From the IMG/VR virus record IMGVR_UViG_3300025133_000067: DNA of 64,000 nucleotides; one strand, given 5' to 3'. Position numbers and translations under genes: made by a program. This DNA is from an uncultured virus (IMG/VR IMGVR_UViG_3300025133_000067). Its lineage: Duplodnaviria > Heunggongvirae > Uroviricota > Caudoviricetes. The notes below the pieces were generated by a model. That model did no database searches, was not told the origin of the DNA, and was given only the letters and a program-made list of their open reading frames with translations. This document shows, piece by piece, positions 37,607 through 47,050 of the stretch. Numbering within the stretch: position 1 is the stretch's first letter; each line of letters opens with the position of its first letter.

Positions 37607-38035
37607 TTAATACATTTCCATTGATTCCTCTAATTTTTTTAATGAGGAATATAACTCAACTTTAGCGAAGTGTTCAAGTTCTGAAAACTCTCTTTTACCT
37701 ATTTCATTATTATCCATGAACAATTTTATAGTTGCGTCTTTAGGTATGTATTCATTTTTCTTATTAGTAATTTTCTTTGCTTTCTTAGTTCTTGTATAAA
37801 TCCAACCAGGAACTGCCTTAAATCGACTTGCAACCATAGACCAACTATCAATAACTGCGCTTCCATTAATTCCGTTAATATTAAATAATTGTGCGTTTGC
37901 AGGATATTTAATAGAAAAGAAACGATTAATCATAAATTGATGTCTCTTTTTATTTCTATTGCTTATATTTTTATATAGCTTTGGTTTAGTAAAAAGTATT
38001 TTGATAAAATCAAATAATTTAGTTTCGTCTAGCAT
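37607..38035 (-). CDS. Clamp loader small subunit (gp62-like, tentative)
   Basis: LFDFI...FMINRFFS motif; near the gp44-like gene. Confidence 0.5.
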   Translation of the reverse strand: MLDETKLFDFIKILFTKPKLYKNISNRNKKRHQFMINRFFSIKYPANAQLFNINGINGSAVIDSWSMVASRFKAVPGWIYTRTKKAKKITNKKNEYIPKDATIKLFMDNNEIGKREFSELEHFAKVELYSSLKKLEESMEMY

Positions 38036-38036
38036 C

Positions 38037-39275
38037 TTAAAATAATGAATTTAAGTCCTTTGTTGCAGGTCTATCATTATTACCTTTAGTATCTAATTCA
38101 GCAAATGGGTCAAATTGTTTTGGTACCGTATTCTTTTTAACAGCATTTTCCCATTCTGTTCCTTCGAGTATTGTTTCCATTCTTGATAATTTTGAAATAC
38201 TTGGTTCAATATTAAGGTCTCTTTCAATAGCCTCATAAATTCCCTTTTGAATAGGATCTGGTATAGTATTAAAATGTAATAGCATTAAATCTAAATTTTG
38301 ATTAAATCTAACTTTAATTTCTTCTTTTTCTAATTTACCAACAATTTCATGAATCAAATCAACTATAATATCTACTCTATCTTTATTAAAGAAATGGTCT
38401 ATAATAAAGTCTCCTTCAATTTCTTTATAGCGAGATAATACTCGTGTCGCTACTTTTTCTGTAATTGAGAATGTTCTAATTTTTCCAGTTGAACTTTCTT
38501 TCTCCCAAGTAACGACACTTTTTATATTATCTGATTTATCACCTTGTAAAATCTTTAAGAAAATAAAATCATCACAGTTAATTTCTTCAATATCTACGCC
38601 ATTACTTTTAATCCAAGCCTGTAATTTTTCTTTAGCATCATCATGCATTGCGTCAGAACCTCCCATATTAAATAAAAGGTCATCACTAGACATTTTATCG
38701 GTTTTACGAGCATTTATTACATCTCCAAAACCTTCAAACGCTATAAGTTTTCTTTTAGTATTATAGTACCATAATGAATAAGATTCATTTGCATTATTAT
38801 AGTCTACTAATTGAATAAGGTCTCTATCTCCTGTCCAAACTATTGTATTTTTACCAGTAGTATTTAATTGAGTTGACCATCCAAATAAAATATCATCAGC
38901 TTCTGCTCCATTTACTCTATTGATAATAACTCCCTGTTTTGCTAATACATCTTGAAATTCTTTATATACATAAAATACAGAATCCCAATTAACATCACTC
39001 TTTTGTGTTCTTGTTCCTTTGTATTGTGCTTCTGGGAATAAATCTTTTCTCCATGATTTACTATCAATAGCTAATACAATTTGGTCTACGAATGGAGACA
39101 TTTTTCTAGTTTCAGAAGCAAAATCAATACAAAGCTTTCTCATAAATTGAGATTTACCTTCATCATCTCCAAGTAATTGTACTCCTTTTTTTCTTGGTAA
39201 TACAAATAATCTACTATGGATGAAATAGTTTCCATCAATAATAAGTGTATGTTTACCTAATTTTTTATTTCCCAT
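38037..39275 (-). CDS. 5'-3' exonuclease / T4 RNase H-like flap nuclease
   Basis: IDGN, SWRK...YKG.R, EADD, GDRDL.QL and GDKSDNI motifs. Confidence 0.9.
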   Translation of the reverse strand: MGNKKLGKHTLIIDGNYFIHSRLFVLPRKKGVQLLGDDEGKSQFMRKLCIDFASETRKMSPFVDQIVLAIDSKSWRKDLFPEAQYKGTRTQKSDVNWDSVFYVYKEFQDVLAKQGVIINRVNGAEADDILFGWSTQLNTTGKNTIVWTGDRDLIQLVDYNNANESYSLWYYNTKRKLIAFEGFGDVINARKTDKMSSDDLLFNMGGSDAMHDDAKEKLQAWIKSNGVDIEEINCDDFIFLKILQGDKSDNIKSVVTWEKESSTGKIRTFSITEKVATRVLSRYKEIEGDFIIDHFFNKDRVDIIVDLIHEIVGKLEKEEIKVRFNQNLDLMLLHFNTIPDPIQKGIYEAIERDLNIEPSISKLSRMETILEGTEWENAVKKNTVPKQFDPFAELDTKGNNDRPATKDLNSLF

Positions 39276-39277
39276 GA

Positions 39278-40228
39278 TTATCCTTTTATAATGGTTTGCA
39301 ATTTATATACGCACGATAACATTGTTATTACTGGGTCTATAACTAAACTTCTTTGAGCTTGGTGTTCTGCAACAGTCACTGCAATTTGTGGTATATGTCT
39401 TACATTGTTTGGTTTTTCAGTTTGTACATATTCTATAAATTCCTCACCTAATGTTTGTAAAATATCATCAACTCTATTAGAATATTCACTGACTAAATAC
39501 TTATAATTCTTAGCTGGGTCCATTTCATTAAATATCAATTCAAATACATCTTTATAAACACTATTAAATTTCTTTACATCATCTAATGTAATATTAGTTA
39601 TTCCTTGTGTTTTATATCCTTGTAATTTATTTAATGTAGTTCTTAAATCTGGAAAGTTTCTTCTTATAAACTCAACTAAAGCAGGTTTTTCAATAGACAT
39701 TCCTTCTTTACCGCATATTTCATGAACTCTTCTAATATATTTCTTTGTTAAATCTAATTCTTCTTCTTTGTCAAAATCAAAATTTATAACCTCGAACCTA
39801 GATAAAATAGGGTCTGGCAATTTATTTATGTAATTACATGTTGCAATAAATCTACTATTAGAAGCGAATTGTTCCATTGTAGCTCTTAATGCTTTGAAGA
39901 ACTGGTCTGACACACCATCAACCTCATCTAATATAACTACCTTAAATTTACCTTGGTCATCTAAAATAGACATAGTACTACAAAAATCAATAATTCTTGT
40001 TCTAATAACATCAACAGAAGTATCTGTACTCGCGTTTATATAAATATATGGTAATTCAAAATGGTTTACAATAGCTTTTGCCATTGAAGTTTTACCAGTT
40101 CCAGGTGAACCTGTTAGTAGCATATTTTGTGTTAGACCATCTTTGAACTTATTCATTACCGTTTCTGGTAAAATAAGTTCATCTAAATTCTTAGGCCTGT
40201 ACTTTTCTGTAAATAGCGTGTTAATCAT
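39278..40228 (-). CDS. Clamp loader large subunit (gp44/RFC-like)
   Basis: EKYRP, GSPGTGKT, LDEVD, SRF. Confidence 0.93.
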   Translation of the reverse strand: MINTLFTEKYRPKNLDELILPETVMNKFKDGLTQNMLLTGSPGTGKTSMAKAIVNHFELPYIYINASTDTSVDVIRTRIIDFCSTMSILDDQGKFKVVILDEVDGVSDQFFKALRATMEQFASNSRFIATCNYINKLPDPILSRFEVINFDFDKEEELDLTKKYIRRVHEICGKEGMSIEKPALVEFIRRNFPDLRTTLNKLQGYKTQGITNITLDDVKKFNSVYKDVFELIFNEMDPAKNYKYLVSEYSNRVDDILQTLGEEFIEYVQTEKPNNVRHIPQIAVTVAEHQAQRSLVIDPVITMLSCVYKLQTIIKG

Positions 40229-40244
40229 GTGTTTATTTTATAGA

Positions 40245-40271
40245 ATTATATGTAAAACATGTGTTTTGTTT
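40245..40271 (-). promoter_or_regulatory. Class II promoter
   Basis: AAAC AAAACACATGTTTTACA TATAAT. Confidence 0.7.
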
Positions 40272-40291
40272 ATTACGAATATATATAGTAT

Positions 40292-40390
40292 ATGAAAAAG
40301 ATAAGCCTGGACAAAAAAATGACTATACTAATAATACTCTGGATTCTAGATAAACTTGTCATGCTGGGATTCTTCTTATTGTTCAAATAA
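40292..40390 (+). CDS. 32-aa hydrophobic peptide
   Basis: My translation MKKISLDKKMTILIILWILDKLVMLGFFLLFK; plus-strand AATATATA just upstream; abuts 40396. Confidence 0.4.
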   Translation: MKKISLDKKMTILIILWILDKLVMLGFFLLFK

Positions 40391-40395
40391 ATAAT

Positions 40396-40914
40396 ATGCC
40401 AAAACATTCTTTACATTCTCTTAAAATCGAAAGAGCACCATCTATTGGATATACTAACCAATATAGAAGGAGCTGTTTCGGCATATATTATGATAAACTT
40501 AGAAAATACCAAAGATTATTATTAGTATCTAATCCTATTATGAAAAATAGAACTGATGACGATGATTTTGTATATGCTATATTTAAGGCATTTAATCCAA
40601 ATAAAAAAAATAAGGATGTAAAAGTTTACTGGGATGTTACGACTGAAAGTTTTGTTCCTAGAGATAAACTCTTAAAAAACTACAACACAATAGAATGGCG
40701 CTGCGCAATTTCTGGTGAACCCATTAGGTCTAGTATAGATAATTTCGATTTAGAGAACTTTGTTCACCCTGATTATCACGATGTATTAGACGCACCAATG
40801 GTAGATAGTAGAATACTAAAATCCTCCGTTGACTTTCGAAAACACATAAAAAAACTCCTAATGATTCAACAAAAGGAGTTTCTTAAATATGCTCGTAAAA
40901 ATTCTAAATTATAA
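40396..40914 (+). CDS. Hypothetical protein (only substantial plus-strand gene)
   Basis: 172 aa in a gap with no minus-strand ORF; WRCAISGEPI...HPDY. Confidence 0.7.
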   Translation: MPKHSLHSLKIERAPSIGYTNQYRRSCFGIYYDKLRKYQRLLLVSNPIMKNRTDDDDFVYAIFKAFNPNKKNKDVKVYWDVTTESFVPRDKLLKNYNTIEWRCAISGEPIRSSIDNFDLENFVHPDYHDVLDAPMVDSRILKSSVDFRKHIKKLLMIQQKEFLKYARKNSKL

Positions 40915-42336
40915 TAGTCTACTTAATCTATCTTTAATTGATTGTGATTGATATTTAGATTCAGTAAGAACAGCATCAGACTTAATTTTACTTACTCTAG
41001 CATCTAACATACCACCTAATCTAGTACCATCTAATTGCCAATTTTCTTTAGCGCCAATATCTGCAATAGCTTGTTTAGCTTTTTTGATAGCTTCTTCATC
41101 ACCACTTTCTTCAGCAGCCGCTAAAGCATCTTTAGCTGATTTTAATTTCGCATCTTTAGCCATTTCTTCACCTTTAGCAACTTGTTCCTCTTCTTCTTTA
41201 TTAGCTTGAGCTTCAGCTTCAGCTTCTCCATCTTTAGGTTCTTCTTTGGTTGTTTCTTTAGTTGTGTCGTCAGCAGGAGGAGTTTCTCCATCTTTAGGTT
41301 CTTCTTTGGTTGTTTCTTTAGTTGTGTCGTCAGCAGGAGGAGTTTCTCCTTTACCAGCTGAATTTAATGCTGGGAAACTCTCTTTGTTATTTAATGCTGT
41401 GTTCGTATCAGATATTAACTGATTTACTGAAGCTATCTTTTCCTTGTCATCCTTTATTGTAGCTAATTTCAATTCACCTTGTAATTTTGCAACGTTTGCT
41501 TTCATTTTTGCTTGTCTAAGAGTTTCTTCTTTTTTATTCCAAGCAAGTAGTGCTGCTTCTTCTTCTGGTTTATCTGTTCCCTTATGGTCAGTCCATGTAG
41601 TATTTGCAGTTTTATATGCTGTTTCTAACTTACCATTAGTTGTTTCTTGAGCCTCTATCTTTGCTTTATTAGGGTCTTCTTCTGTGGTAGTCGTTTCTTT
41701 GCCTTTCCCTTTTGCTTTTTCTTTTGCTGCATCTATTTTTTGTTGAGCCTCTTTTTTCTCTTCAGTAGAAGGTTCAGTTGCATTAATAGCTTCTTGCTCT
41801 TCTTTGTATTTGGCACTTAATTCTTTCATCTTAGACTTAAGGTCTTTATTTCTATTAGGGTCATTTGACATACCAGTAGTAGCTTTAATAGCGTCAAGTT
41901 GACCTTTAATTTTTTCAGATGCAAGATACCTTGTAGTTATTGAACCTTTATCTTTGAATTTATCATCAACCATTGATTGTAATGATTTTTTCTGTTCTTT
42001 TCCCGTTTTAACTTTATTTTCTAACTTCTTTTTAGCGCCTGGATGAGTTTCTTCATCTCTAGCGAATTCAAGTGCTACAAGATTTAATTTAACTTTATTA
42101 ACTTTCTTTTGAGCTTTTTTAGCCTTTGGTCCCCACCACATCCATTGCATTATCTTAGATGGACCATCTCCAGCTTCTTCAATTACTTCAATTTCATTAA
42201 GGTCTTCAGTTAACGAATCATATAACGAACCTAATGTGGAAATTATTTCATCGGTTGTTTGAGTTATTGGAGCAGATTCTAATGTTGCCATTTCTTCTTG
42301 GATAAATCCTAATAATGTTTCTTGAGTAAGTTTCAT
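40909..42336 (-). CDS. Putative internal head/virion protein, K/E-rich
   Basis: Right after gp23; MKLTQETLLGFIQEE leader; late motif at 42363-42370. Confidence 0.55.
   Translation of the reverse strand: MKLTQETLLGFIQEEMATLESAPITQTTDEIISTLGSLYDSLTEDLNEIEVIEEAGDGPSKIMQWMWWGPKAKKAQKKVNKVKLNLVALEFARDEETHPGAKKKLENKVKTGKEQKKSLQSMVDDKFKDKGSITTRYLASEKIKGQLDAIKATTGMSNDPNRNKDLKSKMKELSAKYKEEQEAINATEPSTEEKKEAQQKIDAAKEKAKGKGKETTTTEEDPNKAKIEAQETTNGKLETAYKTANTTWTDHKGTDKPEEEAALLAWNKKEETLRQAKMKANVAKLQGELKLATIKDDKEKIASVNQLISDTNTALNNKESFPALNSAGKGETPPADDTTKETTKEEPKDGETPPADDTTKETTKEEPKDGEAEAEAQANKEEEEQVAKGEEMAKDAKLKSAKDALAAAEESGDEEAIKKAKQAIADIGAKENWQLDGTRLGGMLDARVSKIKSDAVLTESKYQSQSIKDRLSRLL
41224..41349. repeat. 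60-bp tandem repeat (2.1 copies) inside CDS
   Basis: TTCTCCATCTTTAGGTTCTTC...CAGCAGGAGGAGT twice; encodes GETPPADDTTKETTKEEPKD x2. Confidence 0.95.
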
Positions 42337-42407
42337 AAGAGTTTGTTTTATTTATTATATTCTATATATCTTATTAAATACGTTAATAAACACCGGAGTC
42401 TAAAGAC

Positions 42408-42435
42408 AAAAAAAGAGGGACCGAAGTCCCTCTTT
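42408..42435 (-). terminator. Rho-independent terminator after major capsid gene (UUCG loop)
   Basis: Minus strand AAAGAGGGAC-TTCG-GTCCCTCTTTTTTT. Confidence 0.9.
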
Positions 42436-42467
42436 AAGTAATATTAAGATATTATTACTAATCAAGC

Positions 42468-43901
42468 TTATGCAGCATGACCAGTTACAGTAAACTTAAC
42501 GTATTGAGTTTCTGGGTTGTGTCCAGCTCTAACTAATGCAAATCTAGATTTAACAGCAACTTTAGGAGCCATAGTTCCTTCAGCAATTGTTTGTACAGAT
42601 TCAGCCATTAAGTAAGGCATAAATACTAATCCAGCACCATTACCATCACCTTTTCTACCAACGTTAATAACACCACTACTAAAAGCTAAGTTAGGGTCAG
42701 TATAAACGTTAACACCAGCAACAGAACCTACAGGATAAATACCTCCAGCGTTTTGATTAACTGTGTTACTTATAGGAGCAGGTTGATAACCAGCAACTGA
42801 TTGTATAAGTGAAGCAACTTGTCCACTTACAACTGCAAAGTTACCAGCACCTCTACGACCTCTGTTAGCAATTAAGTTAGCAGCAGATAAAATAAGTGTT
42901 AATATTCTTCGGTTGTTAGAAGATGGTGTATTACCAGAACCTTGGCCAGATGTAGCGACATTCACAGATAAATCATCAGCACCATTAGTTACGTTTAACG
43001 CACCTAAAGTATCAATCTCTCCAAGAATCTGAGAGTTAATAGATTGAGTCAATTCGTTAGTTAATACTGTTTCTACTTGAGCAACAGCATCTACACCGAA
43101 TTGTTTCAAATCTTGAACTTGCTCTCTAGTAACCGCAGCAGCAACTTGGAAAGTTTCAGCAGCAATTGTTTTACTATAAAGCGTTAATCCCATGATTTTA
43201 TCAGGAGTTGATTCACCAGTTTCTCTTGAATAAGGATTAGCTGTAGCACCCATATCAACAGATTGTCCAGAGAATCCTGCGATATGGTCTTCCATAGCAC
43301 TAACTAATTCAACATTAGTAACTGTTCTGTTTACAGTTTGAGCAACCGCAGCAGCAATTAAATCTAAAGATACATTTGCTAATTCAATAGCAGAAAGTAC
43401 TTTATAGATTTGTTTACCATCAATTCTAGAATCACCAATGTACTCGTATCCTGCGTAATTACCAGAAGAGGCTGTAATATCTGCAGCTGTACCAGCATCA
43501 TCACATTTTACGTACGTTGGAGCACTTGCAGTAGTCATAGAACCACCAGCATAAGTAAAGTCTAAGTAAGACAATAATCCCATTGGACCAGCCATAGGAA
43601 CTACAGGTACTAAGTCTAAACCGATAGTTTGTGCAGCAACTTGCATTGCTAAAGGTAATAAAGACGGTGCTTTATCACCAGAACCAGTTGATGTTGTAGA
43701 GTTAGCTGTACCAACAGATGCAGCACCCATACCACCTAAGTTCATTGGGTTAAGAGACATAATATTCGCCTCTTCATAAAGTTTGTGGTTGTGACAGTAA
43801 GTCGACATCCACCCTAATTTTTCTGATTCAGTAATACCTGTTGCAGACTCGATAATCGGGCTCCAAGTGTCTCTGATTTCAGCTTCGTTAATTAAATTCA
43901 T
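42468..43901 (-). CDS. Major capsid protein (gp23-like)
   Basis: V.VVPMAGPMG, T.E..QDLK, NRGRRGAGNF, MPY and KSRF motifs. Confidence 0.93.
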   Translation of the reverse strand: MNLINEAEIRDTWSPIIESATGITESEKLGWMSTYCHNHKLYEEANIMSLNPMNLGGMGAASVGTANSTTSTGSGDKAPSLLPLAMQVAAQTIGLDLVPVVPMAGPMGLLSYLDFTYAGGSMTTASAPTYVKCDDAGTAADITASSGNYAGYEYIGDSRIDGKQIYKVLSAIELANVSLDLIAAAVAQTVNRTVTNVELVSAMEDHIAGFSGQSVDMGATANPYSRETGESTPDKIMGLTLYSKTIAAETFQVAAAVTREQVQDLKQFGVDAVAQVETVLTNELTQSINSQILGEIDTLGALNVTNGADDLSVNVATSGQGSGNTPSSNNRRILTLILSAANLIANRGRRGAGNFAVVSGQVASLIQSVAGYQPAPISNTVNQNAGGIYPVGSVAGVNVYTDPNLAFSSGVINVGRKGDGNGAGLVFMPYLMAESVQTIAEGTMAPKVAVKSRFALVRAGHNPETQYVKFTVTGHAA

Positions 43902-43982
43902 TTTATTATGAGTTTATTTTTTGTTTGTTTTCGATTATGCAACAAGTTTTTTCTTCTTACCTGTTAATCGATGTTTGTTAAT

Positions 43983-43990
43983 TATATATC
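43983..43990 (-). promoter_or_regulatory. Late promoter GATATATA for the capsid gene
   Basis: TATATATC about 80 nt upstream of the gp23 start. Confidence 0.7.
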
Positions 43991-44014
43991 TATGAAAAGT
44001 TTTAGTATTTTCAC

Positions 44015-44042
44015 AAAAAAAGAGGAGACAAAGCTCCTCTCT
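44015..44042 (-). terminator. Rho-independent terminator
   Basis: AAAAAAAGAGGAG-ACAAAG-CTCCTCT. Confidence 0.7.
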
Positions 44043-44133
44043 AATTTATATATTTATTTTAGGTTTATCCTTTTAATGTTACCTTTTTAATTTTTCCTTT
44101 TTTCCTTGCCATTTTTATAAATTATTTTTATTT

Positions 44134-46611
44134 TTATCTTTTATGCTTAAATCTCTTAGTGATTGCAGCTTTTGTTTCATCTAAGTCATAAGGTAATGTA
44201 GATTTTGGAGCTTCTTCAACCTCTTTTGATTCATTTACTATTTCTACTTTCTCCATAACAACTGTAGTTTCTCTCATATCTCTAGTTTGCCAGAAATTCT
44301 TAACTTGATAAGCAGTTTCTGTTTTTTGATATTTAGATTGTGCGATTAAAGAAGATTTCTTAGCTTCTGATAATCCATTCCAAGTTTCTTTGTACTCTTC
44401 TGGCATTAATGTAATAACTGGAAGTTCTGATTCCTCTTTTTGCTCTAATGCAGTTTGCCATAAAGAAACTATTTGATTTTCAGTTAAGAAGCCATTTCCT
44501 TCAACAACTCTCAATACTTTAGCTTTTTCATCTTCTTCTAAAGATTTGAAATCATTTATTGTTGATTCAGATACAAAATTAAAGAAATTAGGGTCTGTAG
44601 ATGGTTTTCTATTAGACTCTTCAATAATATCTTTAAGTGCAGCATGAACAGAATCTTTATAATCAGAAACTTGTAATTCAGATTCAGTTACGATTTCTAA
44701 TTCTAATTCTTCTTCTACTTTTTCAACACCATCCTCATCTTCTAAATCAGTAGCTTTTACTTCCTCTTCTTCTGAAGGAACATCTGCTTCTTCTACATTT
44801 TCAATACCATCTTCATCTTCTAAATCAGTAGCTTTTACTTCCTCTTCTTCTGAAGGAACATCTGCTTCTTCTTCTTTTGTAATTTCTTTACCTGCACCAT
44901 CAATTTCATCTTCTAATTCAGCGTTTTGTTCTCCTTCTTTATCAGTTGGAGTTTCATCAACTTCTTTACCATTAACTTCAGTAGGTTCAGTAACGTCTTT
45001 TGCCTCATCTTCTAAATCTTCCTTTTCGATTCCAGCACCTGCATCTTCATCACCAGTTTCTAAAGCTTCAGCAGCAACCTCAACTTCTACATCAGCAACA
45101 ACTTCAGGTTCTACATCTTCATCTTCTTCAGATTCTTCATCTTCAATAACGTCTTCACATTTACAATCTTCTTCACATTTACATTCATTTTCAGCTTGAA
45201 GTTTTTCATCATCTTTTAATTCTTCAACTTCAGCAACATCTTTTTCTTCATCTTCAATATCAGTAGCAGTATCTTCTTTAATAGTTACTGGGTAAGTTTT
45301 ACCATCAAATTCAAATTCATCTTTACCAGCATCTTTAGCTTCTTTAGCAGCTTGAGCGAACGCACGACCTTCTTCAATTGCTTCTTCTTCAGAAACTATT
45401 TCAATATCTAAGTCAAAGTTCTCATTATGTACTTCTTCTGGTTGAGTTAAAGGTTCAAAAATATCGGATTTTATTTCTTTATTCATAACGTGTCTTTTAA
45501 GTATTTCTTTACCAGCTTCTGTTGGGTGTTCTTCACCGTTCAGACCATCTCCTTCACCATTTGAAATATCATCCATTCTATCTTCAACGATTAAGTTTTT
45601 ATTAACTGTCTCAGCAATGTATTCAGTATATGCTGTAATTTTTTCAAGTCTTTCATCGATATCAGATACAGTTTCAGTACTTTCATTAAATGATTCTGCT
45701 AAATAATTAGTATATTCTTTAACATCATTGATTCCTTCTGCTGCATGTTCTGAATAAGAAATGCTATTATCTAACGTTTCAGCTAAATAAGTAGTATATT
45801 CTTTAAGTTTTTGAATTTGTTCGCTATAGTCGTTGCTTTCAGTAATTTCTACATCTAATTCTTCTTTACCTGACTCATTAGATTCTATTGTTTCGTTTAA
45901 TGAAGCAATAGACTCTTTTAATGATTTAATCTCATCAGATAAATATCTAGAATATTTATTGAAATCTTCAACGCTAACAAGTTTAGAGTTTTCTTCGTTA
46001 ACCATTGTTTTATTTATTTTATTTTCTATGTTATCTTCTATTAGTAATTCTTCTTGTATCTTATTCAACTCATATATTTGAATATCTCCTTCGTTAGAAA
46101 ATCCAAGTGATTCGTTAACTCTAGTTAATTCAGCGTTTGCAAAACCAGGGTCTGCTACTAAATCATAAGTAAAAAGTTGTTTAATCTTAACTTGCCCATT
46201 AGCTTCAACAGCTCCTGCAGCTCTAGATGATATTTGTAAAGGAACACCAGCATCAACTAACGCTTTAGCTTGTTTTCCAGCTTCAGTATCTAATAACCTG
46301 ATTCTTCCTTTAACTTGTTTTGATTTATCATCATACTCTAATTCTTCAATGATATGAGAAACATTTTTAAGAGATATATCAAAGTTTGCAGGATGGTCTA
46401 ATTCTCCTAAAAGTTTAGAAGATTTAATTTTATCCTGTAGTGCTTTGATTTGTGGTACATATTCACTTTCAGTATAGATTCTGTTATTTTTGTTCTTAAC
46501 GTCTATCTCACCGAAAATACCCTGTAGAATATATTCGCCGGAATTTTCTTTATTTAATTTTAGATTACCTGCAGACCTCTCTAAAATTAACAGATTATTT
46601 TTTTCAATCAT
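44134..46611 (-). CDS. Prohead protease (gp21-like) fused to acidic scaffold/core (gp22-like)
   Basis: NKNNRIY, LGELDHP, VSH, ISSRAAG and DLVADPGF motifs, then about 650 aa of acidic/coiled sequence. Confidence 0.88.
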   Translation of the reverse strand: MIEKNNLLILERSAGNLKLNKENSGEYILQGIFGEIDVKNKNNRIYTESEYVPQIKALQDKIKSSKLLGELDHPANFDISLKNVSHIIEELEYDDKSKQVKGRIRLLDTEAGKQAKALVDAGVPLQISSRAAGAVEANGQVKIKQLFTYDLVADPGFANAELTRVNESLGFSNEGDIQIYELNKIQEELLIEDNIENKINKTMVNEENSKLVSVEDFNKYSRYLSDEIKSLKESIASLNETIESNESGKEELDVEITESNDYSEQIQKLKEYTTYLAETLDNSISYSEHAAEGINDVKEYTNYLAESFNESTETVSDIDERLEKITAYTEYIAETVNKNLIVEDRMDDISNGEGDGLNGEEHPTEAGKEILKRHVMNKEIKSDIFEPLTQPEEVHNENFDLDIEIVSEEEAIEEGRAFAQAAKEAKDAGKDEFEFDGKTYPVTIKEDTATDIEDEEKDVAEVEELKDDEKLQAENECKCEEDCKCEDVIEDEESEEDEDVEPEVVADVEVEVAAEALETGDEDAGAGIEKEDLEDEAKDVTEPTEVNGKEVDETPTDKEGEQNAELEDEIDGAGKEITKEEEADVPSEEEEVKATDLEDEDGIENVEEADVPSEEEEVKATDLEDEDGVEKVEEELELEIVTESELQVSDYKDSVHAALKDIIEESNRKPSTDPNFFNFVSESTINDFKSLEEDEKAKVLRVVEGNGFLTENQIVSLWQTALEQKEESELPVITLMPEEYKETWNGLSEAKKSSLIAQSKYQKTETAYQVKNFWQTRDMRETTVVMEKVEIVNESKEVEEAPKSTLPYDLDETKAAITKRFKHKR
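44711..44870. repeat. 78-bp tandem duplication inside CDS
   Basis: EEADVPSEEEEVKATDLEDEDG(I/V)E(N/K)V x2. Confidence 0.85.
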
Positions 46612-46667
46612 GTTATTTTATTATGTTTGTTTATATATCTTTATTAAAAATGGGTTTTTTTAGATTT

Positions 46668-47033
46668 TTATATATCTATGTCCATATCCATGTCATCCTC
46701 TTCTTCTTCACCTTCTCCTCCGCCTCCTTTTTCTTCCTCAGCTTCTGCCTCAGCTTCCTCGGCGTTTGCTTCTTCCTCATATCCATTATAAAATTTCAAT
46801 AATTGAGACATTTCAGCTGTATCAAATGTACTATTACCATATTCGCTATAAAAATAATCTTTGAATTCTCCTTCAGTCTCAGCAGCTTTAATTGCTCCAA
46901 GAATTTCTGCACCTTTAAGTTCTCTATCTAATTTAGCAATATAGATATCGTCAACAACTACCTTAGAGTCTTGTCCAGTTACTGCATCTTCTTTAATGCC
47001 ATTAAATTCGTTATATGTTTTCAAATGTTTCAT
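46668..47033 (-). CDS. Small acidic prohead core protein (gp67/68-like position)
   Basis: Between portal and protease; MKHLKTYNEF..IKE leader; acidic tail. Confidence 0.55.
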   Translation of the reverse strand: MKHLKTYNEFNGIKEDAVTGQDSKVVVDDIYIAKLDRELKGAEILGAIKAAETEGEFKDYFYSEYGNSTFDTAEMSQLLKFYNGYEEEANAEEAEAEAEEEKGGGGEGEEEEDDMDMDIDI

Positions 47034-47050
47034 ATTCTATATATTTGTTT

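Noticed and set aside
41224..41349. 60-bp tandem repeat as CRISPR or DGR template/variable repeat
   Set aside because: In-frame exact duplication of a low-complexity linker; no spacers, no adenine-specific differences, no reverse transcriptase.
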